From NCBI GenBank assembly GCA_036556205.1, contig DATBJW010000065.1, forward strand, positions 4,285-68,284: a stretch of DNA of 64,000 nt. Reading direction: 5' to 3'. Positions 9,887 to 19,243 of this stretch are shown here, piece after piece. The notes beneath the pieces are model-generated. The model did not search any database, was not told the origin of the DNA, and saw nothing but the letters and a program-made list of their open reading frames with translations. Position 1 is the first letter of the stretch; every line of letters begins with the position of its first letter. The stretch comes from Gemmatimonadota bacterium. Lineage in GTDB: Bacteria > Gemmatimonadota > Gemmatimonadetes > JACCXV01. A program made the translations under genes and the position numbers.

Positions 9887-10668
9887 GCTACCTCCTTGGC
9901 GATCGGTTGGGACAGTGCTCCCTGGATCCGCTCCCGGACGGCCCGCATGAGATCGGGCAGCGCCGCCTTCCCCCCCGGCAGGGGGGCAACGGGCGGGATG
10001 AACGTGACGTGCGCGGTTCCCGGGCGAAGGATCCACTCCCGCTTCCGCATGATACGCTCCGTTCCGGAGATGGCCACCGGCAAGATCTCGAGCCCCGCGT
10101 CGAGCGCCAGGTGGAAGCCGCCCTTCTTGAACGGCAAGAGGTCCTCGTTCACGCTGCGCGTGCCCTCCGGAAAGATCACGACCGAGACTCCCCCGCCGCC
10201 CACCTGCGCCGCGCTGCGGATGGCACGGATGCCACGCTCGCGGTTGCCACGGTCGATCTTGATGTGCCGCGAGAGCCCGAACGCCCACCCGAAGAAGGGC
10301 ACGGGCACGATCTCCTTCTTGCCCACCCAGCGAATGTCCCGCCCCCCGAGGGCCACGTGAAGGATGGGCACGTCCATCCAGGAGCGGTGGTTGGGCATGA
10401 AGACGTAGGCGTGGTCGGGCCGCACGTGCTCCCAACCGCTCACGGCCACGCGCACGCCCGAGAGCTTCAGCAGCGCGCCGAAATAGACCCGCTCGATCAC
10501 CCGCTCGGGGCGACCCGGGAGCGCGAGCAGGCTGACCAGCATGTGCGCGATTCCCAGGACGACCGTGAGCGGCGCGATGACGAGCGCGACAGCCAGCATG
10601 CGCGCGGCGGTCTCGAGCCGCCGGCGCGGGCTCGCGGCCAGGGTCGCCTCAGACCGCGAGGGCGGCAA
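9883..10668 (-). CDS. plsC: 1-acyl-sn-glycerol-3-phosphate acyltransferase family
   Basis: NHRSWMD (HxxxxD), FPEGTRS, FKKGGF; start uncertain (TTG 10668 or ATG 10599). Confidence 0.88.
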   Translation of the reverse strand: MPPSRSEATLAASPRRRLETAARMLAVALVIAPLTVVLGIAHMLVSLLALPGRPERVIERVYFGALLKLSGVRVAVSGWEHVRPDHAYVFMPNHRSWMDVPILHVALGGRDIRWVGKKEIVPVPFFGWAFGLSRHIKIDRGNRERGIRAIRSAAQVGGGGVSVVIFPEGTRSVNEDLLPFKKGGFHLALDAGLEILPVAISGTERIMRKREWILRPGTAHVTFIPPVAPLPGGKAALPDLMRAVRERIQGALSQPIAKEVA

Positions 10669-12250
10669 GCCCGTGGCGCCCCCGAGGCTGCCGCAGGTCC
10701 AGCCCGGTCCTCCAGCCCGGCGCAGGCACGATCTTGCCCGGATTCAGAACGCCGTCGGGATCGCAGATCCGGCGCACGTCGCCGAAGAAGTCCAGCGCTC
10801 CTCCGAAGCGACGGCGGGCGAACGCCGCCCGCGCGAGGCCGTCCCCGTGCTCGCCCGAGAGCGTGCCGTCGAGATCCTCCACGAGGCCGCAGACCCGCTC
10901 CGCGACGCGCTCGATTCGCTCGGCTCGCCGGGGGTCGCGCGGGTCGAAGAGCGGGTTGGCGTGCACGTGGGACTCGCCGGCATGCCCGAAGAGCACGACC
11001 GGGATCCCCTCCTCGGAGAAGATCCTGCGCAGCCCGGCGAGGAGGTCTGGAAATCGTCCCGGCGGAACCGCGCAGTCCTCGACGAACTGCTGGGTCACGA
11101 GCCCGGGGTGAAGCCGCGCGAGGGCGGGAGAGGCTCCCCTGCGGAGCCCCCACAGCCGCTCGGCGGCCTCCGCGTCGGGCGCCAGCCGGGCCCCCGGCAG
11201 CGCCAGCGGAGCGACGGCGCGCAGCGCCTCGCGGGCGGCCTCGGAGGCGAGCCCGGGAGTCGGAGCTTCGGTCTCGACGTACAGGACGGCCTGCGCATCG
11301 GCGGGGATCGTCTCGCGGGCGAGCCCGCTTCCCGATCGTAGCACGTCGAGGAAGGTGGCGTCCAGGAACTCGACACCGCTCGGCTGCAGAGGGCGCACGA
11401 GCTCCACCGCCCGGGCCAGGTCGTCGAGCGAGCCGAACGCGGCGAGCAGCAGCGCGCGCCCGCCGGGCAAGGGTGCCGTGCGCAGCTCGATCTCGGTGAA
11501 GACGGCGAGCGTCCCCTCGGAGCCGACGAGGAGCTCGACCGGATCCAGCCGGGATCCGTCCCAGGCCGGCCACACCCGCAGGCCGGCGCTGTTCTTGGCC
11601 ACGCGCGTGATCCAGCTCGGCGGCGGCGGCAGCGACTCGCGCAAGAGAGCCGCCAGGCGCCCCAGCACCGGGTCGGCGTTGCCGTCCTCCCGACCGCCCG
11701 CCCCGCCGCCGGGCGGCGAGCCCGGCTCGGGACGCCACACGTGGAACGCTTCGCCGGTCCCCCAGACGCCAGAGATCGCCGTCACCCAGGGGGCGACGGA
11801 GCCGTACTTGACGCTCCGCAGTCCGCTGGCGTTGCTCGCCACCATGCCGCCCAGGGTGCAGAACGCGCTGCTCGAGGGGTTGGGGGGCAGGAAACGATTG
11901 TGCGGCCGCAGAGCCTGGTTGAGCCCGTCGCAGGTGACGCCGGGCTCCGTCCGCGCGCGCTCGGTCTCCGGATCGTAGCCGAGAACCCGGTTCAGATGGC
12001 GGGTCACGTCGAGGACGAGCCCCCGGCCGATGTTGTTGCCGACCAGTCCCGACCCCGCTCCGCGGACCGTGAGCGGCAGCCCGTGGCGACGGCAGAACGC
12101 GACCGCCGCGCGCACGTCGGCGGCCGTCGCGGGGAACGCCACGCCGCGCGGGAGCTGGGCGTAGATGCCGGCGGCTTCCGCGTAGCAACGGCGCATGAAG
12201 GACGAGGTCTCGACCTCGCCCGTGAGGGTCTCGCGCAGAGCGGCGAACAC
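10649..12250 (-). CDS. FAD-binding oxidoreductase (GlcD / D-lactate dehydrogenase-like)
   Basis: RGAGSGLVG, GGMVASNASG, LVGSEGTLAV, FGHAGESHVH, SGEHGDG, VLNPGK. Confidence 0.9.
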   Translation of the reverse strand: MFAALRETLTGEVETSSFMRRCYAEAAGIYAQLPRGVAFPATAADVRAAVAFCRRHGLPLTVRGAGSGLVGNNIGRGLVLDVTRHLNRVLGYDPETERARTEPGVTCDGLNQALRPHNRFLPPNPSSSAFCTLGGMVASNASGLRSVKYGSVAPWVTAISGVWGTGEAFHVWRPEPGSPPGGGAGGREDGNADPVLGRLAALLRESLPPPPSWITRVAKNSAGLRVWPAWDGSRLDPVELLVGSEGTLAVFTEIELRTAPLPGGRALLLAAFGSLDDLARAVELVRPLQPSGVEFLDATFLDVLRSGSGLARETIPADAQAVLYVETEAPTPGLASEAAREALRAVAPLALPGARLAPDAEAAERLWGLRRGASPALARLHPGLVTQQFVEDCAVPPGRFPDLLAGLRRIFSEEGIPVVLFGHAGESHVHANPLFDPRDPRRAERIERVAERVCGLVEDLDGTLSGEHGDGLARAAFARRRFGGALDFFGDVRRICDPDGVLNPGKIVPAPGWRTGLDLRQPRGRHGLAALAV

Positions 12251-12257
12251 GAAGGCT

Positions 12258-12287
12258 AGGCTACGGGTCGCGCTCCGGGGATGTCAA
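12258..12287 (-). promoter_or_regulatory. Sigma70-type promoter of the FAD-oxidase operon (leaderless)
   Basis: TTGACA-N18-TAGCCT, 7 nt before GTG 12250; no SD. Confidence 0.6.
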
Positions 12288-12392
12288 GAAATCAAGGACG
12301 CCAGCGACCCGGCCGCGGGGTGGAGCGGGGACGGGCGAGGGCGCGGGGACGCGCGAAGGACGTGAAGCGCGGGAGGGGGGAGAGGCGAAAGG

Positions 12393-14636
12393 CTAGTCGA
12401 GCTTGAAGGCGATCTGCTGCTGGGTCCAGGTGGGAACCGCCACGTCGTCGCGCCGCGCCGGGTTGTAGACCGTGCGGCGGATCGCGTCGCTCGCGGCCTT
12501 GTCGAGCTCGGGCTGTCCCGAGGAGCGCAGCACGCGCACGTCCTCGACCCGGCCGGAGGCGTTCACGAGCGTCCAGAGGGTTACCGTGCCGCCGATGGCG
12601 CGTGCGGCGAGCGCCGGCGGGTACTGGGGCCGGATCGGCGTGCGCGGCGAGGCCCGCACGTCCACCGGAACGAAGGTCGGCGCGCGGCGGATCGCGGCGA
12701 GACTGTAGTCCGCCGCCGGCGCGCCGCCCGCCGCCGACTCGGGCTCGGGCACCGCGCCGCCGCTGTCCCGCCCGGCGGAGGAGGCGTCCGGCGCGTTCCG
12801 CGCGGCGACGTCCACGCTCACGACTTCCACCGTCGCCTCGGCGGGCCGGACCGAATCGACCGCCGAGGGGTCGCCGCGCGCGATCCCGGAATCCCCCGCC
12901 GAGGAGGGTGCGGCGACCAGCGGGGCGGGGGCCTGGTCGGGCGTGCGCGGGGCGCGGCCCTCGGCCGCGCTCGCGGGGGCCGCGGTGAAGGGGGCGGCGG
13001 CGGACTCGCGCAGCAGGCCGACGCGGGGGGTTGGCTCCTGTTTTTCCCGCGCCTCACCGCCCCGGTCGCCGTCCAATCCGGCGTCGGCCGCCCGGCGCGC
13101 GGTGTCCAGATCGGCCGACGCCTTCTGGATCTCGCTGCGCAGCGCCGAGATCCGTTGCTCCGCGTCGGCTTGCGAGACGTCACCGCTCTGAACGGACTGC
13201 GAGAGCCCGTGGAGGATCTGCTCCAGGCTGTCGATCCTGGACTGGCTGGCGGCGGCCTCGAGCATGAGGCTCCGGTAGTCGGCGCTCTTCAGCTCTTCGG
13301 CGGGACCGTGGACCATGTCCGAGAAGAAGACCACGTACCCGCTCGCCAGGACCGCGATCGCCCCCGCGCCCACGAGCGCGGCCGCGGTGCGCGATACGCG
13401 CGGCCGCCGGCGGCGATCCGGGGCGGCTCCCTTGAGGAGCACGGTGCGCGGGCCCGGGTCGGGCCGTCCCGCGGAGTGGGACTCGCGGGGCCAGGTCTCG
13501 GGCTCGAACGCGCGCGGCTCGACCGGGCGCGGAGCGGGAGAGGCGGGGGGCGTGATCGGCGCGGATGGAGCCGGCGCGAAGATCGTGCGGGGATCCGCGG
13601 GTGCCACACCCTTGGCCGGCGGCTCCGGCAGGGCGAAGGGATCGAGCGCAGGCTCGACGTGGTCGCCCGGCGCGTCGGGAAGCCGGATCGGGGCCTCGAA
13701 GAGCGGGAGGCCGCTCTCCTTCCCGCCGGCTCTCGAAGGCTCGCTCGGCGCCGCCCCCTCGTCGTAGGCCTCGTCCTCGGCCAGGCCGGAGAGGAGCCAG
13801 TCCGCGGAGTCCGCCTCTTCGCGGTGCTCGAAGTCGAAGGCCTCCCCCCGATTCGCGGCGTGGTCGGCTTCCTCGCTTCCGGGCGCGCCGCCGTACGCGT
13901 GACGCGTCCCCTCGTCGTGCAGGCGGAGCGCCTCCAGCAGCAGCGAAGAAGTGGGCTGGTTGATCGTCCGCGTGCCGTTGAACGCGCCGGCCTCGAAGCG
14001 GAAGCTGCCGCGCTTGACCGTCAGAAGCGAGCCGAGGGCCATCACCCCGGACTCCTCGTGGTAGCGCGCGTCCACGATCTCGCCTTGATCGAGCGCAATG
14101 CGCCCGTCCAGCATGCCGCCCGAGAGGACCAGGAGACCGGTCTTGCGACCCAGGTTCAGGAGCTGGACGATGTCGAGGATCTCGATGGTCTCGAGGTTGC
14201 CGCGAAAGATGCGCGCGTCGGGGCGCGCGGAATCGGGAGCGGTGGGTGCGGAGGGCGCGGGATCGAGCTCCGCGATCACGCCGTGGAGCTCGGCCACGAC
14301 GGTCGGCCAGCCGTCTTTCTTGTGCAGGACTCGCAGCGCGCCTTCGGCGCGACAGAGCGAGCCGATCTCTTGATCCTCGACCTCTGTGAGAACCACGACC
14401 GCCGGCGGCTCGAGGCCGGCCCGCTCACGCGCCGACCTGAGCTCGCGCAGGAAATGGAGGCCGTTCTTGTCGGGCAGCCGGGTCTCGGACACGATCAGGT
14501 CGAACGGGCGCTCGGCGTCGCACGTCAGGGCCTCGGCGACGCGCGACAGGAGCTCGACCTGATGGCCGGCGGCTCCGAGCTCGAGGGTGAGGTCGCGTTG
14601 AAACGCGCTGTCCCAGTCCAGGGAGAGGATTCGCAC
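12393..14636 (-). CDS. Fusion: atypical receiver + DUF4388-like domain + Pro-rich linker + TM + coiled coil + TonB C-terminal domain
   Basis: N-term RILSLD...DLIVSETRLPDKNG; FRGNLETIEILDIVQLLNLGRKTGLL (DUF4388-like); TM LVGAGAIAVLASGYVVFF; C-term PQYPPALAARAIGGTVTLWTLVNASGRVEDVRVLRSSG..LDKAA. Confidence 0.85.
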   Translation of the reverse strand: MRILSLDWDSAFQRDLTLELGAAGHQVELLSRVAEALTCDAERPFDLIVSETRLPDKNGLHFLRELRSARERAGLEPPAVVVLTEVEDQEIGSLCRAEGALRVLHKKDGWPTVVAELHGVIAELDPAPSAPTAPDSARPDARIFRGNLETIEILDIVQLLNLGRKTGLLVLSGGMLDGRIALDQGEIVDARYHEESGVMALGSLLTVKRGSFRFEAGAFNGTRTINQPTSSLLLEALRLHDEGTRHAYGGAPGSEEADHAANRGEAFDFEHREEADSADWLLSGLAEDEAYDEGAAPSEPSRAGGKESGLPLFEAPIRLPDAPGDHVEPALDPFALPEPPAKGVAPADPRTIFAPAPSAPITPPASPAPRPVEPRAFEPETWPRESHSAGRPDPGPRTVLLKGAAPDRRRRPRVSRTAAALVGAGAIAVLASGYVVFFSDMVHGPAEELKSADYRSLMLEAAASQSRIDSLEQILHGLSQSVQSGDVSQADAEQRISALRSEIQKASADLDTARRAADAGLDGDRGGEAREKQEPTPRVGLLRESAAAPFTAAPASAAEGRAPRTPDQAPAPLVAAPSSAGDSGIARGDPSAVDSVRPAEATVEVVSVDVAARNAPDASSAGRDSGGAVPEPESAAGGAPAADYSLAAIRRAPTFVPVDVRASPRTPIRPQYPPALAARAIGGTVTLWTLVNASGRVEDVRVLRSSGQPELDKAASDAIRRTVYNPARRDDVAVPTWTQQQIAFKLD

Positions 14637-15024
14637 GCGGTTCGTTCCTGTCGGGGTGGGGGCTCGCGGTCAGCTGCCTCGCGCCGGAACGCACGCGCGG
14701 GGCAGGAGATAGCGGCCTGGACGACATTCGGACACCGGCAATTTCTGTTCCGCCCGGGCCCATCCGGCGCAGGCGGCGTTTCAACCCTCTGCGTCCGTGA
14801 GGGTTACGTCGCGCGATGCATGGGTCCGAAGGCCTGAAAGGGACCGGGAGCCGGAGCCCCGCGATTGCAATTTCCCAAGCGCTCCCTCACGCTGCCGCGC
14901 GCGGAGCGCCCGGGCCGCTTCGGAGGCGTCGCGGGCGGCGCGAAGTCCGCCCGCGAACGTCCTCTTCAGGATCGCCGCTGCCTGGGTGGGGGGATGACCG
15001 TGCGGCGCTCCAGCCAGGTGCAAA

Positions 15025-15041
15025 AGCAGGCGACGTGCCAG
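15025..15041 (-). promoter_or_regulatory. Sigma54 (-24/-12) promoter
   Basis: CTGGCACGTCGCCTGCT gives TGGCACG-N4-CTGCT, GG-N10-GC, in the 560-bp intergenic region upstream of the TonB fusion. Confidence 0.6.
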
Positions 15042-15197
15042 CCTGCAGAGCGGGGATGGAGGTCGCGTCAGAAGTGATTGTTGATCAGCACGATAGCGAT
15101 TCTTGACGACCTCCTGGCGGAGGCCGTCGGGCGTGCGAAAGCGCGTCAACTGCGGGGTCCCGGAACGCGCCGGTGACCGATTTCCCGCGCCGGGCGG

Positions 15198-15617
15198 CTA
15201 GACGTCCGACGTGCAGTTCGGACAGCGCGTCGCCTTGAGCGGGATCTGGGAGGCGCAGCGGGGGCACTCCCTGGTGGTGACCGGGGCCGGCGCGCGCAGC
15301 CGGTTGATCTGCCGGATCACGAGGAAGAGCACGAACGAGATGATCATGAACTCGATCAGGGTGTTCAGGAACGCGCCGTAGTTGATCGTCGCCGCTCCGA
15401 CGGCCTTGGCTTCGGCGAGTGAGGCGTGGTGCTGGCCGCTCAGGTCGATGAACAGATTCCCGAAGTCGACCTTGCCGAGTGCGAGGCCGATGGGCGGCAT
15501 GATCACGTCGTTGACGAGCGAGGTGATGATCTTGCCGAAGGCCACACCCAGGATCACGCCCACGGCCAGGTCGACCACGCTGCCGCGCATCGCGAACTCT
15601 TTGAACTCCTTCAGCAT
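15198..15617 (-). CDS. mscL: Large-conductance mechanosensitive channel with C-terminal CxxC-CxxC extension
   Basis: [41 protein letters not shown]; ends [23 protein letters not shown]. Confidence 0.97.
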   Translation of the reverse strand: MLKEFKEFAMRGSVVDLAVGVILGVAFGKIITSLVNDVIMPPIGLALGKVDFGNLFIDLSGQHHASLAEAKAVGAATINYGAFLNTLIEFMIISFVLFLVIRQINRLRAPAPVTTRECPRCASQIPLKATRCPNCTSDV

Positions 15618-15671
15618 CCTCCTCGCTCCTCCGGCTGGGGTTCTTGAATCGCGCTCGGGGCGCGCCGCCGC

Positions 15672-16439
15672 TCAGCTCACCGCGGCCGCCGAGGCCGGGC
15701 GCGCCCGGCTGTGCACGATGGCGAGGCCGGCCAGGCCCACGACGACCATTCCGATGCTCAGGAGCTGAGCCTCGGTGAGACCCAGGGCCACGGGCTCGTT
15801 CGTGCGCAGGAATTCCACGCCGAAGCGCTCGAGCCCGGCCAGCACGAACCACAGGAAGACCAGCGCTCCGTCGGGCGCCGGACGCCGGCGCCGCGCCCAC
15901 AGGAACGCGAAGATGGCGGCGCTGGCGAGGGTCTCGTAGACCTGCGTGGGATGGACGGGGCTCTCGGTGGGCGGGGCGCCCTCGGGGAACGCGACCGCCC
16001 AGGGAACGGCGGCCGGCCGGCCGTAGTCGTCCCCCACCAGGAAACACCCGATGCGGCCGATCGCGTAGCCGAGCGTGAGTGCCGGCGCCATGCAGTCGAG
16101 CCCGCGCAGGACGGGGATCTTCCGGGCCCGCGCGAAAAGGACGAGCAGGAGTGTCGCGAGGACGAATCCGCCGTACCACGTCAGGCCGCCGCGCGAGGTG
16201 GCCATGCCGACCACGTCGCTCGTGAGCTCGTCCCAGTGGTCGAGCAGGTAGTAGAGCTTGGAGCCCAGGACGCCGCCGAAGGCGCCGATCAGGATCGCGG
16301 TCTGCGCGTCCCGGGGGGCAAGGCCTTTGCGGGCGAACTCGCGCGTGAGGATCACCCAGCCGGCGAAGAAGCCGGCCACCATCATGATCCCGAACGTGGA
16401 GACCGTGAAGTCGCCGAGACGGAAAAGGACGGGGTGCAC
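15672..16439 (-). CDS. lgt: Prolipoprotein diacylglyceryl transferase
   Basis: MHPVLF, GLTWYGG, GRIGCFLVGDDYG, HPTQVYE, RFGVEFLR. Confidence 0.93.
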   Translation of the reverse strand: MHPVLFRLGDFTVSTFGIMMVAGFFAGWVILTREFARKGLAPRDAQTAILIGAFGGVLGSKLYYLLDHWDELTSDVVGMATSRGGLTWYGGFVLATLLLVLFARARKIPVLRGLDCMAPALTLGYAIGRIGCFLVGDDYGRPAAVPWAVAFPEGAPPTESPVHPTQVYETLASAAIFAFLWARRRRPAPDGALVFLWFVLAGLERFGVEFLRTNEPVALGLTEAQLLSIGMVVVGLAGLAIVHSRARPASAAAVS

Positions 16440-16589
16440 GGGCTCAAGTTAGCCGCTCATGCGACGCGGCGCACCGACGACCTCACTCGAAATCGCTGGG
16501 CCCTGACCTTCCTCCGGACAGACCGCCAGGCCCGCGAGGTGGATGGTCCTCCCCTTCTTCCCGCCCATGGATCAAGGGTGCTCTCGCGC

Positions 16590-17702
16590 TCAGTCGTAGA
16601 CGCGCGGCGGGCTCCCCCGCAGCGCGTCGTCCAGGCCGAGCTCGGCTCGCAGCCGCTCGAGCTCGAAACCCCAGCGCTCGAGCATCTCCGCCCGCCGGCG
16701 CTCGGGAAGCAGCGCGCACTCCAGCCCCCCGAGGATCAGCCCCTCCACCGCCGACTGGCCCAGCCGGAACGTCCGGGCCATGGCCTCGAGCTCCCCCGCC
16801 AGCGTCGTGTCGAAGAGGGTCGGGTCGTCCGTGTTGATCGAGATCAGGAGGCCGGCCTGGAGGAAGCGCCGCAGCGGGAACTCGGCGAGCGAGGCCACGA
16901 CTCCGGTGCGCAGGTTGCTGGTCGGGTTGAGGGCGACCGGGATTCGCCGCTTGCGCAGCTCCTGCAGCAGACCCGGCTCGCCGGCCGCGGCCACGCCGTG
17001 GACGATGCGGTCGGCGGCCAGATCCTCGAGCGCCTCCCGAACGCTCTCGGTGCCGGCGGCCTCCCCGGCGTGAATGTCGGCGGCGAGGCCGTGGCGGCGG
17101 GCCTCGGCGAACACCTGCGCGAAGGCGCCCACGCGCTCGCTCCCCAGCGCGCCCGCCAGGCCGAGCGCGGGCCAGCGCGCACGCGGGAGCGGCGCCACGC
17201 GCTCGACGACCCGGGCCAGCGCATCCGGTCCGTGCTTCTGGACCCCATCCGCAATGAAGCGCAGCTCCGGCCCCCCCGCCGCCTCCACGGCGTCGGCCGC
17301 GGAGGTCAGCGCGTCCAGGATCTCGCCCAGCGGACGCCGGAAGAAGAGCAGCGCGCCGGCCGAGACGGAGAGCTCGGCATAGCGGATGCCGGCCGCCGCC
17401 AGCCCCGGCGCCACGTCCAGCAACGCCCCGACGTAGTCCTCCGGAGCGCGGAAGTGGTTCTCCAGCACCCAGCGGTAGAGCGCGAGGAAGCCCTCGAAGG
17501 AATCGAACCGGCGCCGCCGGTCGAGCTCGCCTTGCGTGGCGCCGGCCCACGGCAGCCCGTGGCGAGTTGCGGCGGCGTCCAGGAACGCCCCCGAGACCGC
17601 GCCCTCGAGGTGGACGTGGATCTCGGCCTTGGGCGCGCGGGCGAGGAAGGCCCGGAACGGATCCGCCGGATCGCCGGCCCCCGCGTGACGCCGCGCGCTC
17701 AC
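16590..17702 (-). CDS. Adenosine/adenine deaminase family (HxHxE type)
   Basis: PKAEIHVHLEG, IHAGE, RIVHG, LNPTSN, INTDDP; GTG 17702 overlaps the PNP stop (GTGA). Confidence 0.88.
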   Translation of the reverse strand: MSARRHAGAGDPADPFRAFLARAPKAEIHVHLEGAVSGAFLDAAATRHGLPWAGATQGELDRRRRFDSFEGFLALYRWVLENHFRAPEDYVGALLDVAPGLAAAGIRYAELSVSAGALLFFRRPLGEILDALTSAADAVEAAGGPELRFIADGVQKHGPDALARVVERVAPLPRARWPALGLAGALGSERVGAFAQVFAEARRHGLAADIHAGEAAGTESVREALEDLAADRIVHGVAAAGEPGLLQELRKRRIPVALNPTSNLRTGVVASLAEFPLRRFLQAGLLISINTDDPTLFDTTLAGELEAMARTFRLGQSAVEGLILGGLECALLPERRRAEMLERWGFELERLRAELGLDDALRGSPPRVYD

Positions 17703-18514
17703 GAAGGCAGGGCGCGCAGGAAGCCGCGCACGAGCGCTTCCAGGCGCGGTGCCGCGCGCGCCCCGGCCGCCACGACCTCGGCGTGGCTCAAGGGTTCGGT
17801 GGAGAGCCCCGCGGCGTGGTTCGTGAGGCACGAGACGGCCGCCACGCGCAGGCCGCGCTCGCGGGCGGCCAGCACCTCGGGAACGGTGGACATCCCGACC
17901 GCGTCGGCGCCCGCGCGGCGCAGAAACCGGACCTCGGCCGGAGTCTCGTAGCTGGGGCCGAGAACCGCCGCGTACACGCCCTCGGCCAGAGGCACGCCCG
18001 CGGCCGCGGCGGCCTCGCGCAGGAGTCGTCGCAGCTCGGGATCGTAGGGCTCCGACATGTCGGGGAACATGTCGTGGATCTCCGCGGGCGGACGCCCGAC
18101 GAGAGGGCTCGTCCACTGCAGGTTCAGCTGGTCCCGGACGAGGAGCAGGGTGCCCGGGGCCCAGCGCCGCCGAAGGCTGCCGGCCGCGTTCGTGACCAGC
18201 AGGATCCGGCCCCCCAGCTCGTGGAGGAGCCGCACGCCGGCCGAAACATCCCCCGGGCTGTGACCTTCGTAGAGGTGGAAGCGTCCTGAGAGGACGCAAA
18301 CGTCGTGGCCTGCGAGGCGGCCCAGGACGAGACGCCCCGCGTGGCCGGGCACGCTCACCCGCGGGAACCCGGGCAGATCCGCGTAGCCCGTCTCCCACAC
18401 GCGCTCCACCGCCCCGGCCAGAGCGTCGAGCCCCGAGCCGAGCAGGAGCCCGACCTCGGGCCTGAAGTCCGTCCGCGCGCGGACGGCCGCGGCGGCGGCG
18501 GACGCAGCCGCTAT
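17699..18514 (-). CDS. punA: Purine-nucleoside phosphorylase (trimeric PNP-I); probable ATA start
   Basis: GLLLGSGL, GRFHLYEG, TNAAG, GPSYETPAE, GADAVGMSTVPE, LTNHAAG; the conserved N-terminus lies upstream of the first canonical start (18409). Confidence 0.9.
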   Translation of the reverse strand: MAAASAAAAAVRARTDFRPEVGLLLGSGLDALAGAVERVWETGYADLPGFPRVSVPGHAGRLVLGRLAGHDVCVLSGRFHLYEGHSPGDVSAGVRLLHELGGRILLVTNAAGSLRRRWAPGTLLLVRDQLNLQWTSPLVGRPPAEIHDMFPDMSEPYDPELRRLLREAAAAAGVPLAEGVYAAVLGPSYETPAEVRFLRRAGADAVGMSTVPEVLAARERGLRVAAVSCLTNHAAGLSTEPLSHAEVVAAGARAAPRLEALVRGFLRALPS

Positions 18515-19209
18515 GCCTCCTCCTCCGGCGCGAGCTCCTCGCGGTCGGCGCCGGCCGGCGGCGTGCGGCCCGCCCTCCGCGCCGGGGCGCCCGCGGCGCG
18601 CCGCCGCTGCAGGAGCTTGATCACCCCCGGCAGCAGAGAGGCCACGACGACGATCACGATGATGACGTGGACGTAGCGATCCACGTCGGGGATCACGCGC
18701 CCCAGGAAGTAGCCCAGCAGCGTGAGCCCCCAGACCCAGAGCACGCTGCCCAGCAGGTTGTAGAGCATGAAGCGGCGGTAGTCCATGCGGCCCACGCCCG
18801 CCACGATGGGCGCGAAGGTGCGCACGATGGGCATGAAGCGCGCGATCACGATCGTGAACGGCCCGTGGCGATTGAAGAACTCCTGGGTCGTGATCAGGTG
18901 CCGGCGGTGGAAGAAGAGCGAGTCCTCGCGCGAGAAGATGCGCGGCCCGGTCTTGGCGCCGAACCAGTAGCCGACCATGGGACCCAGCACGGAGGCCACG
19001 CTCAGGACGCCGAGCAGGCTCCAGATCTCCAGCACGCCCGTGGCGGCGAACAGGCCGGCCGTGACGAGGAGCGAGTCTCCCGGCAGGAAGAAGCCCACGA
19101 AGAGGCCCGTCTCCGCGAACACGATCACGGTGAGCGCGACCAGCCCGCCGACGCGGATCCAGTGCTCGACGTCGTAGACCCGGTGCAGCAGATCGAGCAG
19201 GCCGTCCAT
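18511..19209 (-). CDS. DedA/VTT-family membrane protein
   Basis: FAETGLFVGFFLPGDSLL, ARFMPIVRTFAPIVAG. Confidence 0.95.
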   Translation of the reverse strand: MDGLLDLLHRVYDVEHWIRVGGLVALTVIVFAETGLFVGFFLPGDSLLVTAGLFAATGVLEIWSLLGVLSVASVLGPMVGYWFGAKTGPRIFSREDSLFFHRRHLITTQEFFNRHGPFTIVIARFMPIVRTFAPIVAGVGRMDYRRFMLYNLLGSVLWVWGLTLLGYFLGRVIPDVDRYVHVIIVIVVVASLLPGVIKLLQRRRAAGAPARRAGRTPPAGADREELAPEEEA

Positions 19210-19243
19210 GCGCGCTCCTTCGCGGAAGTCGCGATCGCCGGGC

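Noticed and set aside
12317-12348. Five G-tracts, a potential G-quadruplex upstream of the FAD-oxidase promoter
   Set aside because: Such tracts are expected by chance at this GC content; no further support.
14781-15149. ORF MTRFRTPDGLRQEVV..., faintly reminiscent of IS4-type transposase text
   Set aside because: No DDE motif, inverted repeats or target duplication; it overlaps a likely promoter region.
16450-16570. 39-aa small ORF between the deaminase gene and lgt
   Set aside because: No SD or recognisable motif; its stop coincides with the lgt -10 element.
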